64,000 nt of DNA from assembly GCA_946535985.1 (NCBI GenBank), contig CAMNDY010000005.1:4533-68532 (forward strand). The letters run 5' to 3'. A program made the position numbers and the translations under genes. This stretch comes from an uncultured Treponema sp. Lineage in GTDB: Bacteria > Spirochaetota > Spirochaetia > Treponematales > Treponemataceae. Shown in pieces: positions 58,088 through 64,000 of the stretch (positions are counted from its first letter, which is position 1; every line of letters starts with the position of its first letter). The notes under the pieces were generated by a model. The model had not been told where the DNA came from. It saw nothing but the letters and a program-made list of their open reading frames with translations, and searched no databases.

Positions 58088-59578
58088 TTACAAATCAGTC
58101 GTTTTCTTCTCTTGCAGATTGTTCCTGATAACATTCTTATCTACAGCAAGTTTTTCTGCAGCCGCATTTACAGAACCATAAATTCTCACACCCTGTTCGG
58201 CAACCCAGGATTTGAACATTTTGTTTAAGTTTTTCCATGTCTGTTTTTTTATAAAATCATCGGAGAAAGTTTCTGGAGCATTATTTATTTCTTCTGTGAG
58301 ATTTCTTTCCGTTATATAGTCCTGCCATTTTTCGATTGCGACATTTATATTCTTGTTTATTGTCTCATTGTCTGGGGACTGCCTGAAAACATTAACGTTA
58401 AAAGCATACAATTCTAAAAATCCTAATAGCTTGATAATATCTCTATAATTTCCATTGAGCGTATTATTCATAAGAACATCAATCAATCTTTTTTTGATAG
58501 AATCTTTTTGAGACGGAATATCATATTCTTCAAGCCAATTATATCCTGGAAATGCTTCTTTACTGGAACACTTCTGTTTATAATTTAACCAGATAATTGG
58601 CAAGCATTTAGAAATGAAATAAACATCTTCAGTTTTTCGTTCTTCAAAAGATTTTACTTTATGAGGCAAAAAACAAATTCTATCATAAAAATCGTCATAC
58701 AAAGATTGCCTCAGTTCAGATATTGGTCTATTGCTGGAGCAGACCAAAACAAAATTTGATTCATAGGATTCTGTACTGCCAACTCTACAAAACTTATGAT
58801 CCTCAATTCCTTTGATAAGCATTCGCTGAACTTCCTTACTTAAATCCTGAACTTCATCAAGAAACAAGCAGCCATTGTTTGCTTTCTTTATTTTGCCTTC
58901 GGTTGTTTTGTTAGCTCCTGTAAACGCACCTTTTTCATAACCAAATAATTCACTTTTTGCTAGTGCGGGTTCAAGAGTTCCGCAAGCAATAGAAACAAAA
59001 TTTTTATCTGAAATATTAAGACATTTTTTAATATATTTTTCGACTATTGTTGTTTTTCCAGTTCCTCGTTCTCCAATTAAGAAAATTGGTCTTTTCATTG
59101 CTATCATATTACGGATGGTATCAAGTTCTTCCTGTGTGGAGAATACATACAAATCATCACATTTTGCTCTTGTATGTATTTTATCTTCATCTGTAAGAAT
59201 CTCATTCTCGGCCCAATATGGGATTTCTTTATTCCCCTTTATATCAAAAGTTCTTATTACATACTGTTCAGGAGATCTTTCAAAATAAATATGAATTTCT
59301 TCTTCGGCTGTTTTATCGTTTTCAAAATAATAAATGTGTACAGGATTTTTTATAATGTCTCTAAATCTATCTTCTGTAATATAATCAAATTTTATTTCCG
59401 TATTCTCAGGAGGCAAGATATTCATTGTTTTAGTATAAATATAAAGCTGTTCTATTTCTTTGTATTTTCCTATTGATTTTAATGCAATATTTAGTTTAAC
59501 TGTATCCGTTAGATTTCTATTGTTACCAGTTATGTTTTCGGGTTTATAAATTATTACAGAAGGTAAAGTATCAGCCAT
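58088..59578 (-). CDS. Sigma-54-dependent enhancer-binding transcriptional activator
   Basis: GERGTGKT, SELFGYEKGAFTGA, LFLDEV and GNYRD motifs; C-terminal Fis-like HTH SVNAAAEKLAV. Confidence 0.9.
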   Translation of the reverse strand: MADTLPSVIIYKPENITGNNRNLTDTVKLNIALKSIGKYKEIEQLYIYTKTMNILPPENTEIKFDYITEDRFRDIIKNPVHIYYFENDKTAEEEIHIYFERSPEQYVIRTFDIKGNKEIPYWAENEILTDEDKIHTRAKCDDLYVFSTQEELDTIRNMIAMKRPIFLIGERGTGKTTIVEKYIKKCLNISDKNFVSIACGTLEPALAKSELFGYEKGAFTGANKTTEGKIKKANNGCLFLDEVQDLSKEVQRMLIKGIEDHKFCRVGSTESYESNFVLVCSSNRPISELRQSLYDDFYDRICFLPHKVKSFEERKTEDVYFISKCLPIIWLNYKQKCSSKEAFPGYNWLEEYDIPSQKDSIKKRLIDVLMNNTLNGNYRDIIKLLGFLELYAFNVNVFRQSPDNETINKNINVAIEKWQDYITERNLTEEINNAPETFSDDFIKKQTWKNLNKMFKSWVAEQGVRIYGSVNAAAEKLAVDKNVIRNNLQEKKTTDL

Positions 59579-59732
59579 ATAAATAATTATAAATCGTATG
59601 TGGAAAAGAATCAATATTTAGGTGTGTTAAAAAGCACTTTTTAGTGAATATTCTCACCTTGCAAATTTTCAAATTTTACACCTAACCCCTGTTTTAACCC
59701 CAAAAAATGCCCATTTTTCACAAATTTTCACT

Positions 59733-59748
59733 TGGCACGGAGCTTGCT
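59733..59748 (+). promoter_or_regulatory. Sigma-54 (-24/-12) promoter
   Basis: TGGCAC-GGAGC-TTGCT matches the consensus and is divergent from the bEBP gene. Confidence 0.85.
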
Positions 59749-59855
59749 ATAGATTTGGTGTGGCAGAGATCACAAGAAGCTCAGGATGACGGAACTTCGT
59801 TCCACCTGTCGTTGGCGGGCCAAATCATCCGGCAAAAAACAATAAGAGGTACGAA

Positions 59856-60938
59856 ATGGAAAATTTCGATTTAGGCAAAATTATGAAGGACGCTTGTGAA
59901 AAGGTTGAGAAGGAAACAGGACACATCAACATCATCATTGCGGGAAGAACCGGTGTTGGTAAAAGCACTTTGATCAATTCGGTTTTTCAGGGAAACATGG
60001 CTGAAACTGGACAGGGTAAACCTGTAACAAAGACTACTCGGGAAATTACAAAAGAAGGAATCCCTCTATCAATTTTTGATACCAGGGGCTTGGAAACAAT
60101 TGAATACAAGGAAACAATCAGCGAGTTAAAGACTTTGATTTCTGAAAGACGAAATGAAACTGACTTGAACCGTCAGCTCCACGTGGCTTGGGTTTGCATT
60201 ACCGAAGATTCAAGACGCGTTGAAGATGCAGAAATTGAACTCGTTGATATGCTTGCAGAATACATGCCTGTAATTGTTATCATCACAAAAGCAAGAGCTG
60301 ATAACGGTTTCCAGAACGATGTAAAAAATTTGCTTCCAAAGGCAAAGAATGTAATCCGCATCAGATCGATTGGAGAAACCTTTGACGATGGAATAGAGCT
60401 TCAGCCTATGAATCTTGAAAAACTGATTGACTTAACACAAGAAGTAATTCCAGAAGGAAGAAGGAATGCTTTTGCTGCAGCGCAAAAGGCTTCTCTCAAA
60501 CAAAAGGTTTCCAGGGCTCAGGGAATCATTGCAGGGGCAGCAACAGCAGCTATAACTGCAGGTGCAAGCCCAATCCCTTTTTCTGATGCTGCCGTACTTA
60601 TCCCAATTGAAATTGGGATGCTTGCAGGAATCTCCAAAGTTTTTGGTTTAGATTTGTCAAAAGGACTTTTAGGCACCCTTGTATCTTCAATGCTTGGAAC
60701 TTCGGCAGCTACTCTTGGAGGTAAAGCGATTGTTAGTGGAATCTTAAAATGCATCCCTGGAGCAGGAACAGTAATCGGAGCAGTGGTATCTGGTGCAACA
60801 GCAGGAACTCTTACGACAGCGTTAGGGGAACTGTATGTGGGAACTTTAAAGGCTGTTTTCAATGCTACAAAAGGTGAAGTTCCAACAGCAGAGCAGGTTG
60901 TTGCAGAATTCAAAAATCAGCTTGCAAAAAATAACTAA
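59856..60938 (+). CDS. GTPase domain protein with a C-terminal Gly/Ala-rich membrane region (YcjF/DUF697-like)
   Basis: GRTGVGKS, DTRG, TKA; PIPFSDA followed by glycine-zipper-like helices. Confidence 0.82.
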   Translation: MENFDLGKIMKDACEKVEKETGHINIIIAGRTGVGKSTLINSVFQGNMAETGQGKPVTKTTREITKEGIPLSIFDTRGLETIEYKETISELKTLISERRNETDLNRQLHVAWVCITEDSRRVEDAEIELVDMLAEYMPVIVIITKARADNGFQNDVKNLLPKAKNVIRIRSIGETFDDGIELQPMNLEKLIDLTQEVIPEGRRNAFAAAQKASLKQKVSRAQGIIAGAATAAITAGASPIPFSDAAVLIPIEIGMLAGISKVFGLDLSKGLLGTLVSSMLGTSAATLGGKAIVSGILKCIPGAGTVIGAVVSGATAGTLTTALGELYVGTLKAVFNATKGEVPTAEQVVAEFKNQLAKNN

Positions 60939-61031
60939 CATTTCTGAGCCAGAGGGTCTATCCTCTGGTTTAGAATAGTTATAGAATGTAGGTAATGAGG
61001 ACATTTTAGTTTTAGCAAAACGAGGTTAATT

Positions 61032-61448
61032 ATGGCAAAGAATAAATTGACAGACGAAGAAAAGAAAGAAGCCGAAAATTATTTTAACAGTTTTAAATAT
61101 CAGTCCTATTCAAAAGAAAACGAAGAGAAAGTCATAGAAAACGAAGAGCAAATAATGGCCAAAATGAAAGACTCTGCTCTTTCTAAATTCATGAAAGAGG
61201 TAAAAACTTTTTTCAGAATGATTAAAGCTTATTCAAAACGAGAGTATAAAGAAGTTCCTGTTTCAACTATTGTATCGATAATCATGACTTTGCTGTATGT
61301 TTTTTCACCGATTGATTTGATTCCAGATTTTCTTCCAGTTGTTGGGTTATTAGATGATGCAGCAGTTCTTAGTGCATGTGTAGCAACTTTTGCAAGTGCA
61401 ACAAAAAAATTCGAAGAGTGGGAAGCTGCACAAGGCAAGGAATCTTAG
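61032..61448 (+). CDS. YkvA / DUF1232 family membrane protein
   Basis: YVFSPIDLIPDFLPVVGLLDD motif. Confidence 0.9.
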   Translation: MAKNKLTDEEKKEAENYFNSFKYQSYSKENEEKVIENEEQIMAKMKDSALSKFMKEVKTFFRMIKAYSKREYKEVPVSTIVSIIMTLLYVFSPIDLIPDFLPVVGLLDDAAVLSACVATFASATKKFEEWEAAQGKES

Positions 61449-61450
61449 AC

Positions 61451-62080
61451 GTGAGTTCTAACAAATCCGGCTATTGGAAAGGGGTTGCATCAAGGCTGGC
61501 TTCTTTGGGTAAAATGGCCTTTAATATTGCGGCTCCTCTTGCTGTTGAAGCTGGCGTAGATGCCCTCATTTCCAAAGCTTGTGAAAAAATTGAATTACAA
61601 TTAAAACAGCTGTACAGAAAAACAGCAATTAATTCCGGCATCACTTTTCTGATTAACCTAGTTGGAATTTTGATTCTGGCGCTGCGACCTTTTGGAGAAA
61701 AAGCATCTGCTATTGTTTCACTTGTTTGTTTTGCAGGGGCCACAATGTTCTTTTTAGTCAGGGTGATTTTGTGGTGCAGGTCTTATGGTTCGCAGACAGT
61801 TGGTGTTACAAAAAGTATCTGGCAAGAAAAAAGCCTCCAGAAAGGAATCGAAAAATATGTTCTTTCAAGCTTTCCATACATTGCGCTTACCTATACTGGT
61901 ATTGATGTTGGGGCGGCCTATGTCCCAGCGTTGAAGAAAGTGCCGCGCATTCCTCAATTGATTGATTATTTTGTGAGGTATTTTTGGAAGAGGGTGGTGT
62001 TGTTTGCGGGGATTGTTGGTACTTATACAATTGTTGTTCTATGGATTGTTAAACCAGTTTTAATTCACAAGTACTGGTAA
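61451..62080 (+). CDS. Hypothetical membrane protein
   Basis: Several TM segments; GTG start directly after the ykvA-like stop. Confidence 0.7.
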   Translation: MSSNKSGYWKGVASRLASLGKMAFNIAAPLAVEAGVDALISKACEKIELQLKQLYRKTAINSGITFLINLVGILILALRPFGEKASAIVSLVCFAGATMFFLVRVILWCRSYGSQTVGVTKSIWQEKSLQKGIEKYVLSSFPYIALTYTGIDVGAAYVPALKKVPRIPQLIDYFVRYFWKRVVLFAGIVGTYTIVVLWIVKPVLIHKYW

Positions 62081-62092
62081 TCTTTTCTTCAA

Positions 62093-63754
62093 TCACACAA
62101 ATCCCATGCGTCTTTCAGCAGGAGCGGTGTGGAGCTTTTCAACCTGACACATTTCGACGATGTCCTGGTAGGCGGGGCGAGTGCCGGAAATGATTTCTTT
62201 CATCTGGGCTTTGCGGACTATGTTGTCAATTTCGCCACCGGAAAAGTTGTAGGAGGCGGCAAGCTTTGAGGCTTTGTCTGGGGTGAGCCATGGAATCTTG
62301 TTTTTCCAGATGGCTTTTTTGGCTTCGACCGATGGCATTTCAAACTGGATCTTAAAGAGGAAACGGCGCTCAAAAGCAGGGTCAAGGTTGTCCACTAAGT
62401 TTGTGGTGGCTATGAGAATGCCGTCAAGATTTTCCATTTCTTCCAGGAGGATGTTCTGGAGGGCATTTTCCATCTGGGTTGTGTTACGATGACCAAGTTC
62501 CTGGCGCTTACTGAAGACTGCATCGCATTCGTTGAACAGGAGAATTGGGATACGGCCGTTTTTCATTTTGGCAGTCTGTTCGCAAAGAGTTTTGTAATCG
62601 GTAAAGATTTTCTTTACAAGTTTTTCGCTTTCACCAACCCAGCAGCTTTTTGTCTGCGAAATGTCCACATGCATAATTGCACGACCTGTCTTTTTTGCAA
62701 GCTGGTACACCGACTCTGTTTTGCCGCAACCAGGCTCTCCGTAAAGCATAACTGCAATTCCGCATGGAAGACCTTTTGCTTTGAGGCTTTTCTTGATGCG
62801 GTTGTAGCTGCTTTGTGTGAGAGACTTTGTGAGCTCGTCCATCTGCTTCTGGTTCTGCGCACTGTAGAACAGTTTTTTTGCCCTGATGTCTTCTGGCTTT
62901 TTGAGCTTGCTTTCGTCAATTCTGCAGGCATACAGCTCGTAATCTTCATCAAGGAAGAATTTTTTGCCTTCCTCTGTCAGTTTGATTTTGGCTTCTAACA
63001 TGTTCCCTTTTTGATTGAATTCCACAAACTTGTGCTGCATGAAGCAGTGCTTTTCGTCAAGAAATTGTCTTGCAATTCTAAAGCGTTCATTGCCATCGTA
63101 GATATCCTCAATTGTAGAAAGCAGGTAAGAAGGCATGCCGCTTAGGCTGTCGTTACAAAGATCGTAGAACATAAAGCGGGTTTTGTCGTCCGCAAATTTT
63201 TCTTTGCATCTGATAACAAGGGGAAGAGACTCATTGCGTTGTTCGATCTGAAGAAGCTGTTCTACCAGTTCATCACAAGAGTCTTCGGTATACTTGCGAC
63301 CTTCGTAACGGTTTGCCATTTTTGCCAGGAAATCAAAGTAGTTCTTTTCCAGCTGAATGGTATATGGAACCGGTTCATTCTGAAGAACATGTGCAATTAC
63401 TTCGGCTGTAACGGAAAAAGTGGAATTGCTGTGAGAATATTCAATCAGATTTCGACTTTCCAGATCGAGGAAATCAGAATGCATTGCGGCAACCTTAAGG
63501 ACATTCACATCCAGGAAATTTGCGAATTCGCTGATGGGGATCTTGTCGTTGTAGTTGTCATTGAAATGCTGGTAGATGCCAAAGCACATAATCCAGCTCT
63601 GAGTTTCGGTGGTGCCGAAATATTCGTTAAGACGCAAGAGCGTTGTCTGATACAGAGTTGTGTGTTGTGGTTTCATACGGCAGTTTACAATAGAGTCTCC
63701 CAGCCCGTTGATGTGGTTGAGTACGTTCCAGCGGATTGTGTTTTTCTTGTCCAT
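62093..63754 (-). CDS. AAA+ ATPase (paralog of 49737-51425)
   Basis: GEPGCGKT, LLFNECD, LDPAFERRF; C-terminal RRMGF; AAGGAGG RBS. Confidence 0.9.
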   Translation of the reverse strand: MDKKNTIRWNVLNHINGLGDSIVNCRMKPQHTTLYQTTLLRLNEYFGTTETQSWIMCFGIYQHFNDNYNDKIPISEFANFLDVNVLKVAAMHSDFLDLESRNLIEYSHSNSTFSVTAEVIAHVLQNEPVPYTIQLEKNYFDFLAKMANRYEGRKYTEDSCDELVEQLLQIEQRNESLPLVIRCKEKFADDKTRFMFYDLCNDSLSGMPSYLLSTIEDIYDGNERFRIARQFLDEKHCFMQHKFVEFNQKGNMLEAKIKLTEEGKKFFLDEDYELYACRIDESKLKKPEDIRAKKLFYSAQNQKQMDELTKSLTQSSYNRIKKSLKAKGLPCGIAVMLYGEPGCGKTESVYQLAKKTGRAIMHVDISQTKSCWVGESEKLVKKIFTDYKTLCEQTAKMKNGRIPILLFNECDAVFSKRQELGHRNTTQMENALQNILLEEMENLDGILIATTNLVDNLDPAFERRFLFKIQFEMPSVEAKKAIWKNKIPWLTPDKASKLAASYNFSGGEIDNIVRKAQMKEIISGTRPAYQDIVEMCQVEKLHTAPAERRMGFV

Positions 63755-64000
63755 GTCCGATCCTCCTTAATGCGATCAACATTGTCAGTGTTCCTCGCTG
63801 ACACCTGAATTTTATACCCACATTATTTTTTAAATGTGACCCTGTGGATGTTTTTTGAGAAAAATATACAATACGGATTTATAGCCGCCATGTAAATTTG
63901 AATTCGGTAAAGATTTGAACGATTTCTGCAAAAGAAAGATTATCTGGAATGCGCTTCCATTTTTCAATTGCATTTTGCATTAGCTTTTCATCAGTGCAGT

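Overview
AT-rich bacterial accessory DNA. The gene content and the types of repeat element suggest a host-associated spirochaete such as a rumen or gut Treponema; this is an inference. The centre (about 24.5-27.9 kb) is a plasmid or secondary-replicon origin: parA, a small ParG-like gene and repA, flanked by two iteron clusters, with DnaA-box-like sites, an AT-rich segment and a parS-like repeat tract. Around it is a mosaic of defence and DNA-processing genes: a SauUSI-like PLD-helicase-DUF3427 with a Nudix hydrolase, a GHKL ATPase-nuclease, an HNH nuclease, an AddAB-like pair, an SNF2 helicase, an MTase-TRD fusion, MoxR/vWA, Fic, AbiEi and GIY-YIG. There are also three related AAA+ ATPases, two AAA_14-DUF4143 ATPases each preceded by phased repeats, orphan flagellar-export fragments (FlhA-C, FlhB-C, FliN-like, FlhA-N), a Cys-rich peptide with a radical SAM/SPASM enzyme, a WYL regulator module and a sigma-54 activator module. 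The most striking unannotated signal is a palindrome, T(A/C)TCA-N5-TGA(T/G/C)A, found at 13 intergenic sites. Its right arm sits 10 nt before a -10 hexamer at 12 of them (9 nt at one), the same geometry as PafBC/WYL-activated promoters, which suggests a dispersed, possibly undescribed DNA-damage or anti-phage regulon. I saw no rRNA, tRNA, CRISPR array, integrase or transposase. All family calls come from recognising motifs by eye, not from database searches.
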